Positions 1 through 8,825 of a DNA stretch of 40,000 bases are shown here, one piece after another. A program made the position numbers and the translations under genes. Position 1 is the stretch's first letter. Each line of letters begins with the position of its first letter. A model generated the notes under the pieces. It did no database searches. It saw only the letters and a program-made list of their open reading frames with translations, and was not told where the DNA came from. The DNA is from Thiohalorhabdus methylotrophus (GTDB lineage Bacteria > Pseudomonadota > Gammaproteobacteria > Thiohalorhabdales > Thiohalorhabdaceae). The stretch lies in NCBI RefSeq assembly GCF_041821045.1, contig NZ_JBGUAW010000006.1, positions 173,821 to 213,820 of the forward strand, given 5' to 3'.

Positions 1-95
1 TCGACGGCTTCTTCCGGCGCCTCCCGCACTACCTGCGCGCCTTCGAACGGCTCGGCGCCTCCCTGGCCCGTTTCCCGGCCTGCTCCGGACTCTGA
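1..95 (+). CDS. 3' end of an unidentified CDS entering from upstream of the window
   Basis: Frame 3 is open from the window edge to TGA at 93-95 (DGFFRRLPHYLRAFERLGASLARFPACSGL*). Third positions are G/C-rich like the neighbouring genes. Too short to assign a family. Confidence 0.3.
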   Translation, partial: DGFFRRLPHYLRAFERLGASLARFPACSGL

Positions 96-103
96 AACCG
101 GGC

Positions 104-838
104 TCACCGCGCCGCGGCGCCCTCCGCATCCGCGCACGCCTTTCCCAGCAGACCCTCACTTGCCGGAATACGCGAACGGACGTCGGCCAGGGCCTCGGGA
201 TCGAGAATCCCCTCCCGTCCCTCCTGGCCGCACAGGGCACCCCGGAAACCGAGGAAATCCGGCTCCAGGACCAGCAGATCACGGATGTCCGCGACGCGCA
301 GCGAGCCAGCCAGACCGGTGAGAAGCTCCTGCTTCCGCGCCTCGGCGACCATCTCCGCGAGCTCCGGCTGCGTCATGTGCGCAGGCAGCGATCCGGCTCC
401 CTTACCCGCTGTGTCCAGCATGACCCCCCGGAATCCGGCCGCGCCGAGCGCGGGGATGATCCCCAGATCCGGGCTCCGGTCGGCAAAAAGCACCGCCACC
501 AGCGCCACGCCATCCTCCGCCGCCGGCACCAGGGCATCTATGACGGAGCGCGTCAGGTCGGCGGGCCCGTCCAGCCCCACCTTGACCAGGTCGACGCCCG
601 CTTCGGCGATCTCCCGTACCGCCGGCATCAATTGATCGGGCTCCATGGGCGGATCACCCACGGTGGCGCTTGCCGGTCTCCGCCCGGCCACGGCTTCCAC
701 CCCCCGGGCGATCACCTCCCCGGGCAGCCCGCCCAGGGCCCCCCGGACAGGATCCTTGAAATCGATCAGGTCCGCGCCCCCGGCCGCAGCTTGACGGGCT
801 TCCTCCGGATTCTTGACGCTCGCCAGCAGCCCGGTCAC
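104..838 (-). CDS. mfnB: MfnB/DUF556-like (5-formylfuran-3-yl)methyl phosphate synthase, methanofuran-type cofactor biosynthesis
   Basis: ORF 104..913. The segment LLASVKNPEEARQAAAGGADLIDFKDP...DLVKVG resembles the MfnB/DUF556 N-terminus as I remember it. Start trimmed to the GTG at 838, which overlaps the TGA of the upstream gene (GTGA at 835-838). Confidence 0.7.
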   Translation of the reverse strand: MTGLLASVKNPEEARQAAAGGADLIDFKDPVRGALGGLPGEVIARGVEAVAGRRPASATVGDPPMEPDQLMPAVREIAEAGVDLVKVGLDGPADLTRSVIDALVPAAEDGVALVAVLFADRSPDLGIIPALGAAGFRGVMLDTAGKGAGSLPAHMTQPELAEMVAEARKQELLTGLAGSLRVADIRDLLVLEPDFLGFRGALCGQEGREGILDPEALADVRSRIPASEGLLGKACADAEGAAAR

Positions 839-1413
839 GAATGCTCCCCTTGTTCCAGATTCTCCGCCTTGAATGCGGCCACCTTTTCCTCCAGCCACCC
901 CCAGGCCTCCCATTCCCGCTCACCGGCGGTCTTTTCCAGGGCCACCTTGAGGAACTGCATCTCGCTATCCACCCGCTCCATGGGCAGCATGTGCAGGCGG
1001 CTTATCAGGATGGCGGCCTCCACCACGGACCACTGGGCCCGGTTGAAGCCCATGAAAGGCTGGTGGTTGGCCACATGCACGGGACGGCAGAACAGCCCGG
1101 GGCGCTGCTCGTCGGGATAATACCGCTCCACCGCGAGCTCCATGTGGCTCAGGGTGCTCTCCAGCCTTTGAACCGGAACCCGGTCCGCGCGCGTAAGGGG
1201 CCAATCGCGCCGTCCGGTGAGACAGCCCGCGATCACCCGCACGTCATCGGTGAAGTTGATGACGAGGAAGCCCTCACGCAGCAGGTTGTCCAGGGTGGCC
1301 GAAGGCTGGAACGGCAGCACCAGGAAGCCCCCCTCCCGCTCATGCACGCCCATGGGGGCGATATGGGTACCACCGTCGGCTAACCGGGTGGTGAGGATGG
1401 ATTCTCGGATCAA
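835..1413 (-). CDS. DUF447-family protein (FMN-binding split-barrel-like; possibly MfnF-like) of the archaeal-type C1 cofactor cluster
   Basis: 192-aa ORF with GTHIAPMGV near the N-terminus. Its size and operon position match the DUF447 genes found in methylotroph H4MPT/methanofuran clusters. Assignment is from memory only. Confidence 0.6.
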   Translation of the reverse strand: MIRESILTTRLADGGTHIAPMGVHEREGGFLVLPFQPSATLDNLLREGFLVINFTDDVRVIAGCLTGRRDWPLTRADRVPVQRLESTLSHMELAVERYYPDEQRPGLFCRPVHVANHQPFMGFNRAQWSVVEAAILISRLHMLPMERVDSEMQFLKVALEKTAGEREWEAWGWLEEKVAAFKAENLEQGEHS

Positions 1414-1439
1414 GGGGGCACCCTTCCCTTATGCGCTGC

Positions 1440-2798
1440 CTAGGTTTCGTCACTCTCGTCCTCCGGCGGGGGAATGAGCCCTCCCCAGCCCAGAGGCTCG
1501 TCCTGGTGATACGCCTTGCCCAGCTGCCAGGCGATCTGGGCGCGAGCCAGCTCGGCGCCGAGATAGAAGGCGTGACTGGCGTCGTCCTCCACCCCGAGCT
1601 TCGGGTAGAGGGTGAAGGGATCGGTGGCGGTGTGGAGCCCGTCCCGATTGAAGATGTGGATACCTTCCTCGCTGGTCTGGATCCGGTAGCTTGGATCCCG
1701 AACCTGCTCGGCCAGAGCGCCGATCTCTTCCCGGGAGTACGGGAAGGGTCTACGGTCCCGCAGCACCAGCAGGGAAGCATTGAGGCCTTTGGGCAGGGTG
1801 TTGGCCTGGGCCGCCGTAGCCATCAGCCGGCCGCCCAGATTCGCTTCCTTGACCGCCTGCCGGCAGTGGGGGCTGACCTGGGTAGTAAGGAGGTGCACCG
1901 GGGCCAGCTCCTGGGCGATCGCGGTCAGCAGCGCGTTCAGGCCCACGGTATCGGCGTCCATGAGCTCGGTCGCGTTGCCGATCCCCATGAACAGATCCAC
2001 CGCAGGAAACCGTCGCCGCATCTCGTTGAAACGCGCCAGGGATTCCATGATCCCGAAAGGGAAGGGATCCAGGATGGGATCCGCCAGAAAAGGCAGTCCC
2101 CGCTCTTCCATGGCGACGATGGCACGCCCAAGGGAGTCCAGGTCCCCGTGCTCCCTCGGGATGAGGATGGGGGTGCAGTGGGGGAAATCGTCCACCAGCC
2201 AGAGGGTATCCTCGGTCAGGCTGACCAGGAATTCGGCCCCGGCCCGCGCCCCCCGGACCAGCTCCTCTTCCTCCAGGCTGTCCACGCTGACCCGGTATCC
2301 CTCCCGGAGCAGCCGATCCACGGCCTCCTCAAGGTGCGGGAATTCTGATTCGGGAAGGCACCCCAGGTCAATCACATCGGCCCCGGACTCCCGGAAACCG
2401 GCTGCCTGGGCCAGGATCGCGTCCACGGACATGTCGGGCGCTTCGGTGATCTCGGCGAACAGGAGCCCGGGGCGCTCCGAGAGCGTCAGCTCCACCTCCT
2501 CGCCGCCCAGATACCACGGAAGGTCCTTCACCTCCTTGGGTCCCCGCTCCACCGGCACCCCGAGCTCCCCGGACAGGGCTTCCAGATCGCCCCGGCACCA
2601 CCCCGGCACTACGATCCGGTCGGCCCCGCCGGTATCCTTGACCCGGCGCCGGATCTGGTCCGAGGTCATCAGGGCCGCCACCTGGAGACCGATCTGCCGG
2701 ATCTCGTAGGAGAAGGATATCTCGCCCATTTCCTCCAGGACCCGGGCCAGATGGGTTTCGGCCAGGCGCCCGGTGAGGAAGAGGATGTGCTCAGGCAT
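1440..2798 (-). CDS. Dihydropteroate-synthase-like (pterin-binding) protein of H4MPT biosynthesis
   Basis: 452-aa ORF. It has a pterin-binding-type core (GADVIDLGC ... GIGNATELMDAD) after an extra N-terminal domain, as in the DHPS-related proteins of H4MPT clusters. 8-nt overlap (ATGCCTGA) with the upstream flavoprotein gene. Confidence 0.75.
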   Translation of the reverse strand: MPEHILFLTGRLAETHLARVLEEMGEISFSYEIRQIGLQVAALMTSDQIRRRVKDTGGADRIVVPGWCRGDLEALSGELGVPVERGPKEVKDLPWYLGGEEVELTLSERPGLLFAEITEAPDMSVDAILAQAAGFRESGADVIDLGCLPESEFPHLEEAVDRLLREGYRVSVDSLEEEELVRGARAGAEFLVSLTEDTLWLVDDFPHCTPILIPREHGDLDSLGRAIVAMEERGLPFLADPILDPFPFGIMESLARFNEMRRRFPAVDLFMGIGNATELMDADTVGLNALLTAIAQELAPVHLLTTQVSPHCRQAVKEANLGGRLMATAAQANTLPKGLNASLLVLRDRRPFPYSREEIGALAEQVRDPSYRIQTSEEGIHIFNRDGLHTATDPFTLYPKLGVEDDASHAFYLGAELARAQIAWQLGKAYHQDEPLGWGGLIPPPEDESDET

Positions 2799-3354
2799 GG
2801 GCGTCCTCGGTCCGGGCCCGCGCCCGCACGGCGGACTGCAGGGAGGCCAGATCGGTAACCACCTCCGTGGCCTCGAAGGCCCGCAGCTTCTCGGTATTCT
2901 CCAGGTCCACCTGCCGCGGGTAGACGCTGACCGTACCCCCGGGCGCCTCGGTCCAGTGATGGGGCGCCGAATCGCAGGCGAACACCACGCTGGGGATCCG
3001 GCACTTGCCCGCCTGGGCGAAGATATTGGTCACCAGAGTGTCGGAGATGCCGAACACGCACTTGGCCACCGTGTTGGAGGTGGCGGGAGCGATGACGACG
3101 GTGTGGTAATGCCCGTAGTAGAAGAGGCCCACGGGGGGCGAGCTGGCCGCATTGTCCCGGAACACCCGGTGCCGGGCACGGATCTCCTTGAGATCGTATC
3201 CGTACTGCTGAAGGACCTCCTCACCGGCGCCGCTGAGGAAGATGTCCACCTGGCCTTCCAGGCTGTCGATCAGTTCCAGGGTTTCCGCGAAGAAGTGGCC
3301 GGAGCCGGTGAGGGCCCAGGCCATCCTGGCCGGCGATTCCGTTTCCTGGGCCAT
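2791..3354 (-). CDS. AfpA/DmrB-like flavoprotein (candidate dihydromethanopterin reductase)
   Basis: ORF 2791..3486 trimmed to the ATG at 3354, which is preceded by GGGAGGTGA. MAWALTGSGHF...VVIAPATSNTVAKCVFGISDTLVTN is the HFCD/archaeal-flavoprotein signature. The longer ORF would overlap the converging end of the regulator gene. Confidence 0.7.
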   Translation of the reverse strand: MAQETESPARMAWALTGSGHFFAETLELIDSLEGQVDIFLSGAGEEVLQQYGYDLKEIRARHRVFRDNAASSPPVGLFYYGHYHTVVIAPATSNTVAKCVFGISDTLVTNIFAQAGKCRIPSVVFACDSAPHHWTEAPGGTVSVYPRQVDLENTEKLRAFEATEVVTDLASLQSAVRARARTEDAHA

Positions 3355-3392
3355 CGCCTCACCTCCCGGTTGGCTGTCTGCAAAGGGCGGGC

Positions 3393-5441
3393 TTACTTGG
3401 GACGCTTGATCCCGTACTGCTTCATCTTCCGGTAGAGCGTGTTCCTGCTCAGATTTAGCTGCTCGGCCGTTGCGCTCACGTTCCAATGGTTCTCGTCCAG
3501 CATCCGCTGCAGGGTTTCGCGTTCGGCCATCTCCAGGGCGCCGCGGGGTCCGGCGTCGGGGACCTCCGCGCCCTGCTGAACCGCCTTCGGGCGGCTCAGC
3601 ATCTCCGGAGGCAGATCCGCGGTGGTCAATCGGTCGGACTCCCGCAAGGCCAGCATGGTTCGGAAGGTGTTCCGCGCCTGCCGTATGTTGCCCGGCCAGG
3701 GCTCGTTTTTCAGGACCTCCAGGAGCTCCGCATCGAGCGTTACCGGCACGTCCTCGGTATTCTCCTCCTCCACCAGATGCTGGAAGAGCGCGTCCTTGTC
3801 CTCGCGCTCCCGTAAAGGGGGAACCAGCACCTGAACCCCCTTCAGGCGATAGTACAGATCCTCCCGGAAGCCCCCCTGGGCCACCAGCTCCTCGAGGTCC
3901 TGGTGCGTGGCGCTGACGATCTGGATATCCACCGTGACCGGCGAATCGCCCCCCAGAGGCACCACCTCCCGCTCCTCCAGGACCCGCAAGAGGCGGACCT
4001 GGAGATTCAGGGGCATGTCCCCGATCTCGTCCAGAAACAGGGTACCGCCGTTGGCCTGAAGGATTCGACCCTGCTGTCCGTGGCGGCTGGCGCCGGTAAA
4101 GGCGCCGGGCTTATACCCGAACAGCTCGCTCTCGATAAGCTCTTCCGGGATGGCCGCACAGCTCACCGCGACGAAGGGCTCCTCGGCCCGATGGCTGAGC
4201 TTGTGGAAGGTCTCCGCCAGAACGCCCTTGCCGGTTCCGGTTTCACCGTTCAGCAATACGGGGATGTCCCGGTCGGCCACCTTGCGCAGAAGGGCCAGGT
4301 TGCGGGCCATGCGCGTATCGCCGAAATCCAGGCCGGTACCTTCCCCGCCCGGCTCCGACGGGCCCGAGTCCTTCGACTGAATATCCCGGGGCCGCCGGCC
4401 CGGATCACCGCCTCCTCCGATGCGGACGCTCCCCTCCGGGGGCTGAACGACGGCGAAAAAACGCTTGCCGTGCTGCCGCTCGTGAACGGGCTGGGTGCGC
4501 AGCATACCTTGCAGGGCTCGGTCCACCAGCTCCTCGGAGGAAAGGTGGAGCACTTCCTCGATGTTGCGCCCGACGAGATCCGCGCGCGACTCGTAGCCCA
4601 GCTGGAAATGGGCGCTGCCGTTGACCGCGAGGCACTTGCCGTCCTCGTCGAAGGTCAGGATCCCCTCTCCCAGGGTGCTCACGAATTCCGGCCGGCTGTG
4701 AAAACGGATCAGGTAATGGTCCCGGAAGCTGTTGAGGAAAACCCGGTTCTCGATCATCTGGCTGGCCATGTGCACCAGCACCTGGGAGTGCTGCTGGGCC
4801 ATGGTGGAGCAACCGGAAATATCCAGCACCGCCATGAGCTGCCCCTGGGAGTCGAAGATGGGGGCCGCCGAGCAGGTCAGCTCAATATTCCGGGTGAGGA
4901 AATGCTCCGAGCGATGGATGACGATGGGCTTTTGCTCGAACAGGCAGGTGCCGATGCCGTTGGTCCCCTCGAAGCGCTCGCTCCATACCGCTCCGGGGCG
5001 CAGCCCGCGGCTGCAGACGGTACGGGACAGCTCGGGGTCGCTAACCTGGTGCAGCACCACGCCTTCGGCGTCGGACAGGATTATAGCATAGCCCGAGGCG
5101 GCCACCTGCTGGTAGAGATTGTTCATCTCCACCTTGCTGATCTCCAGGAGGGTCTGAAGACGCTCCTGCCGGGCACGCAGCTCCGGGTCGGCCAGGTAAA
5201 CGGTTTCGTGTCGGCTGCCGGGATCCAGGCCGAGCTCGTCCAGACAGCGCGTCCAGGAGCGCAGCACCTCCTTGGTCAGCGAAGGAGGACGGCTCCAGGG
5301 CTGGTGGACCGCTGTCCAGACCCATTCGTTATGACTCGGTTCCTGAACTTCGGCAGTAATGGCTGAACCCCTTGAATGATTGATCTGGACCCGCCGGTTT
5401 CCGGGAACCGTAACGCGCTCATGCCGGGTATCCGCGTGCAT
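3393..5441 (-). CDS. Sigma-54-dependent transcriptional activator, AcoR-like (N-terminal sensory/GAF-type region, AAA+ core, Fis-type HTH)
   Basis: Walker A GETGTGKG, ESELFGY, sigma-54 contact loop GAFTGA, LFLDEIG, and C-terminal HTH LSRNTLYRKMKQYGI. The N-terminal VLRSWTRC motif is typical of AcoR-family proteins. The exact start is uncertain; the only in-frame ATG near the 5' end is at 5441. Confidence 0.9.
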   Translation of the reverse strand: MHADTRHERVTVPGNRRVQINHSRGSAITAEVQEPSHNEWVWTAVHQPWSRPPSLTKEVLRSWTRCLDELGLDPGSRHETVYLADPELRARQERLQTLLEISKVEMNNLYQQVAASGYAIILSDAEGVVLHQVSDPELSRTVCSRGLRPGAVWSERFEGTNGIGTCLFEQKPIVIHRSEHFLTRNIELTCSAAPIFDSQGQLMAVLDISGCSTMAQQHSQVLVHMASQMIENRVFLNSFRDHYLIRFHSRPEFVSTLGEGILTFDEDGKCLAVNGSAHFQLGYESRADLVGRNIEEVLHLSSEELVDRALQGMLRTQPVHERQHGKRFFAVVQPPEGSVRIGGGGDPGRRPRDIQSKDSGPSEPGGEGTGLDFGDTRMARNLALLRKVADRDIPVLLNGETGTGKGVLAETFHKLSHRAEEPFVAVSCAAIPEELIESELFGYKPGAFTGASRHGQQGRILQANGGTLFLDEIGDMPLNLQVRLLRVLEEREVVPLGGDSPVTVDIQIVSATHQDLEELVAQGGFREDLYYRLKGVQVLVPPLREREDKDALFQHLVEEENTEDVPVTLDAELLEVLKNEPWPGNIRQARNTFRTMLALRESDRLTTADLPPEMLSRPKAVQQGAEVPDAGPRGALEMAERETLQRMLDENHWNVSATAEQLNLSRNTLYRKMKQYGIKRPK

Positions 5442-5548
5442 GCAGAACCCTTCCCGGCTCCCGGTGGGACCCGTCCCCAGGCTTCATTCAAGAATGAGGG
5501 ATGACGCGCTTCAATAAGTAAAATGGCATACCCTGGCCCTCTGTACCA

Positions 5549-5568
5549 TGCAATGCGCTCGGCAATGC
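5549..5568. promoter_or_regulatory. Two direct half-site-like repeats (TGCAATGC, GGCAATGC) upstream of the EBP gene
   Basis: tGCAATGCGctcgGCAATGCGg has a 12-nt period and lies about 110-125 nt upstream of the ATG at 5441. Each repeat resembles one arm (TGCAATGG) of the dyad found upstream of fhc and fds. Confidence 0.25.
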
Positions 5569-5759
5569 GGGAGAACGTCCCGAGGGCGTTTGGTACAGCC
5601 CAGAAGCTTCCATTCTGGTAACGGGCCCCGAACCCCTTCTTGGTGGTCCGGAAGGAATACCCGGGGGAGTGATGCTGCAAACGGAAGGAGATAGGAATTA
5701 GTGTCGGGCGGTATTCGCCGCGTATCCAGCCTTCCTCTGAATACAGTTCACGACCTACG

Positions 5760-6392
5760 TCACGCCTCGGCCGCACCATTTAAGGATAGTACAACTTGCA
5801 CACCCAGGGGAACCCCCGCATAGAGCATGTCCCTGAGCTGGTCGTAATCGCCTTCCTCGGCGACCCAGGCGGAAAACACCCCCTCGGTGAGGAAATGCAT
5901 GAAGGCCGGGTCTACAAGCCCTTCCCGGCAGAGGGTCCTGGCGCTTTTCGGACCATCCCCCGAAGAGGCCGACTTGACCAGCAACAGCCGCCCCGCCTCC
6001 AGGCGCCCGGCGAGATGGGCGGCCAGGCTGTCCGAGGTGATGTCCCAGGAGGCCGGCACTTGGGTGCCCGCGGCATCCCGGCCCGCCATCCATACGGGTA
6101 CCTGTCCGCGGGACAAGACCTCCCGGATCTCCCCGAGGGAATTGGCGGCCACCAGGTCCGGGCGCAGGCCGATCATCATATGGCCGAACTGGTCCATGGC
6201 CTGCATGGCCATGCGGTGCGCCATGGAATCCGGAAAGCCCCAATCCCGCTGCGCGGACCGGACCTGATCGGCGAAGGGCCCGCCACCGGGAACGATGACC
6301 ACCTGACCGGACCCGTAACAGGCCAGCTGGTCCAGCCAGGCGCCCAGGGAAGGCTTGTCATAAAGGCTTCCGCCTACCTTAATGACCCACAT
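5760..6392 (-). CDS. Amino-acid-kinase-family protein of the C1 cofactor cluster (possibly MfnE-like furan-methyl-phosphate kinase)
   Basis: The MWVIKVGGSL N-terminus and VIVPGGGPFAD are typical of the Asp/Glu/uridylate kinase fold. The start is taken at the ATG at 6392 (alternative 6407). It overlaps the pabB stop. Confidence 0.65.
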   Translation of the reverse strand: MWVIKVGGSLYDKPSLGAWLDQLACYGSGQVVIVPGGGPFADQVRSAQRDWGFPDSMAHRMAMQAMDQFGHMMIGLRPDLVAANSLGEIREVLSRGQVPVWMAGRDAAGTQVPASWDITSDSLAAHLAGRLEAGRLLLVKSASSGDGPKSARTLCREGLVDPAFMHFLTEGVFSAWVAEEGDYDQLRDMLYAGVPLGVQVVLSLNGAAEA

Positions 6393-7782
6393 TCTCCGCC
6401 CTCGCATGATTCAGCAGCTCGAGCATGGCCGCGGCCTTGTCGAAAGTCTCCGTGTATTCGTCGCTTCGCTGGGAGTCCATCACCAGTCCTCCGCCGGCCC
6501 AGAACCGCACCACGCCGTCCATGTGCACCAGGGTCCGGATGGCGATGTTCGAGTCCAGGGTGCCGTCATAGCTCACATACCCGATGCTGCCGCAATAGAC
6601 GCCGCGCCGATGGGGCTCCACCTCCTCGATGATCTCCATGGCCCGGATCTTGGGGGCACCGGTAATGGAGCCGCCCGGGAAGCAGGCGCGCAGCAGGTCC
6701 AGGGAGTCCCGCTCGGGCGGCAGCGTACCGGTCACCGTGCTGACCAGGTGATGGACCGTCGGGAAGCTCTCCAGCCCGAACAGCTCGGGAACGCGCACCG
6801 ATCCAGGGGTGCAGACCCGGCCCAGGTCGTTGCGCAGCAGGTCCACGATCATGACGTTCTCGGCCCGGTCCTTGGGACTGTGCACCAGCTCCCGCGCCAA
6901 GGCGCGATCCCGGTCGGCGCTCTCCGAGCGGGGCCGGGTGCCCTTGATGGGCCGGGTTTCCACCTTGCCCTGAGCCACCTGAAGGAATCGTTCGGGCGAG
7001 TTGCTCAGGATCTGGGCGCCCGGCACGTTCAGGTAGGCCCCGAAGGGCGCGGGGTTGGAGGCACGGAGCGCACGGTAGCCACTCCAGGGATGGCCCTCGG
7101 TCTGGGCGGAAAAGCGCTGCGCCAGATTGACCTGGTAGCAGTCCCCCGCCCGGATGTACTCCTTGACGCGCTCGAAGGCACGCCCATAGCCCTCGTCGTC
7201 CAGATTGGAGGATATCTCCGAGCGGAGCTCGAGCCCCGAGCCATAGGAGCGCGGCACCGGCGCCTTGAAGAGCCGCACCAGGTCGGACCATTTTCGGGCG
7301 GTCTCGGGGTCGCGGCCGTAGCCCACCAGCCAAGCCTTGCCCACGGCATGGTCCACCACCACGGCCCAGTCGTAGATGCCCACCGCCATCTCCGGAAGGT
7401 GGTCGGAGTCCTCTGCCGTGCTCGGCAGCGACTCGAGGGACCGGGCCAGGTCGTAGGAAAAGTAGCCCATGGCGCCACCGGTAAACGGCAGATCGAGCCG
7501 GTTCACGGGCTCCGGCCGGAGGTACTCGCGAAGTACGGTAAAGGGATCCTCGCGGTGGATGTGGGTCCCCTCCCGGGTCCGGACCGTGATACGTCCCTCT
7601 TTCTGGGTCAGGGTTGCCCAGGGATCCGCGGACAGGATATCGAAGCGGCTATTGGGAATATGCGCGCCGTACGGGGAGCCGCTGTCCAGGAAGATCGCCC
7701 AGGGGTGATCGGCGATCAGCGAGAAGCGGTCCGCGCTATCCGGGAAGTAGGGGATTTCATGGATCCGGGGCCAGCCCTTCAC
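6379..7782 (-). CDS. pabB: Aminodeoxychorismate synthase component I (chorismate-binding enzyme; pABA supply for the H4MPT arylamine moiety)
   Basis: Chorismate-binding core with FPGGSITGAPKIRAMEIIEE and IAIRT. Length is about 467 aa. The GTG start at 7782 overlaps the upstream TGA (GTGA). PabB is preferred over TrpE on context only. Confidence 0.75.
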   Translation of the reverse strand: MKGWPRIHEIPYFPDSADRFSLIADHPWAIFLDSGSPYGAHIPNSRFDILSADPWATLTQKEGRITVRTREGTHIHREDPFTVLREYLRPEPVNRLDLPFTGGAMGYFSYDLARSLESLPSTAEDSDHLPEMAVGIYDWAVVVDHAVGKAWLVGYGRDPETARKWSDLVRLFKAPVPRSYGSGLELRSEISSNLDDEGYGRAFERVKEYIRAGDCYQVNLAQRFSAQTEGHPWSGYRALRASNPAPFGAYLNVPGAQILSNSPERFLQVAQGKVETRPIKGTRPRSESADRDRALARELVHSPKDRAENVMIVDLLRNDLGRVCTPGSVRVPELFGLESFPTVHHLVSTVTGTLPPERDSLDLLRACFPGGSITGAPKIRAMEIIEEVEPHRRGVYCGSIGYVSYDGTLDSNIAIRTLVHMDGVVRFWAGGGLVMDSQRSDEYTETFDKAAAMLELLNHARAENVGH

Positions 7783-8825
7783 TCGAACGCTCCTTTCGCC
7801 AGGACGGCCAGGGAGACGGCCGGGGCACAATCAGCGGGATCGGGGCCGGCCTTGTATGCACCCGGGGCCACCAGCGTTTTGAAGTCGCGGTACGGCCTGC
7901 CCAGCCGCTCCGCCATGGCCGACGCCAGAAAGCGGCCGACGCCGGCCCCGACCACGGGTGCATCGCGATCGAGGCCGAGGCGCCCTTCCACCAGGTAGGC
8001 GGCGTCCAGCAGGTCGCGGAGCTGCATTTCCGCCAGATATTCCGCCAACCGCTCCCAGGGGGCCGGATCACCGGCCTCCGCGTCGTTTCCGACCATGCGC
8101 GCCAGGCGCCGGGCGCTGCCTTCCCGATCAGCGGCGGCACCATCCGCCGTGGGGCCCAGATCGGCCCCCTCCGGAAGCACGCCGCGCAGCCGATGCACGT
8201 CGGCGGTGGTGGCGAACCACTCCGCCGCGAGCGGGACCCAGGCACCCGCCACGGGCACCCGATCACCCAGGGCCATTACGGGTGTGCGTACGGCCCCCGT
8301 GTAGAGCAGCTCCCCCGCCCGGAGCCGGGCGGCGTCGGAATCACCCGCCGCGGCCACGCTCCCCGCCCGCAGGGGAACCAGGTCGCTGGTGGTGCTGCCG
8401 ATGTCCACCAGCAGCGCGGAGGGGCAGGATCGCGCCACCGCTTGGGCCGTGGCCCGCCAATTGGCCGAAGCCACCTCCTCCGGCGCTTCCAGAACGCCTT
8501 CCGCGTCGAGGAGCCCGCCGTCGCGCGCGAAGAAGAGCGGTTCCGCCTCCTCCGCCAGCCGCTCCCGCACGGCCTGGACGATGGCCCGCACCCCCTGGGC
8601 ACGGTCGGGGAAGTGGTCCACCAGCTCACCGGTCATGGTCACCGCATGGGCCACCCCGGAGCCGGTCCGCTCCAGTATGCGCCCCATGGCCCGGGTAAGC
8701 TCGGGCACACCCTTCCAGAGCGGACACGGTTCCATGTGCACCCGGAGGTTATCCGCTCCTTCGAGGACGGCGGCTTTCAGATGCGCCCCGCCGATATCCC
8801 ATCCCATGACACGCTCACGGGTCAT
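7779..8825 (-). CDS. Hydantoinase/ASKHA-like 'H4MPT-linked C1 transfer pathway protein'
   Basis: GWDIGGAHLK and VDIGSTTSD are ASKHA phosphate-binding motifs. Size and context match the hydantoinase-A-like gene conserved in methylotroph H4MPT clusters. The start could instead be Met7 (8807). Confidence 0.65.
   Translation of the reverse strand: MTRERVMGWDIGGAHLKAAVLEGADNLRVHMEPCPLWKGVPELTRAMGRILERTGSGVAHAVTMTGELVDHFPDRAQGVRAIVQAVRERLAEEAEPLFFARDGGLLDAEGVLEAPEEVASANWRATAQAVARSCPSALLVDIGSTTSDLVPLRAGSVAAAGDSDAARLRAGELLYTGAVRTPVMALGDRVPVAGAWVPLAAEWFATTADVHRLRGVLPEGADLGPTADGAAADREGSARRLARMVGNDAEAGDPAPWERLAEYLAEMQLRDLLDAAYLVEGRLGLDRDAPVVGAGVGRFLASAMAERLGRPYRDFKTLVAPGAYKAGPDPADCAPAVSLAVLAKGAFE

Noticed and set aside
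5276-5779. 167-aa minus-strand ORF filling the gap between the kinase-like gene and the regulator gene
   Set aside because: It begins inside the kinase-like gene and ends inside the regulator N-terminus in another frame. Its composition is not protein-like. The gap is better read as the regulator's promoter region.
6382-7998. 538-aa plus-strand ORF opposite pabB
   Set aside because: It is antisense to a gene with clear chorismate-binding motifs. No start context and no domain signature.
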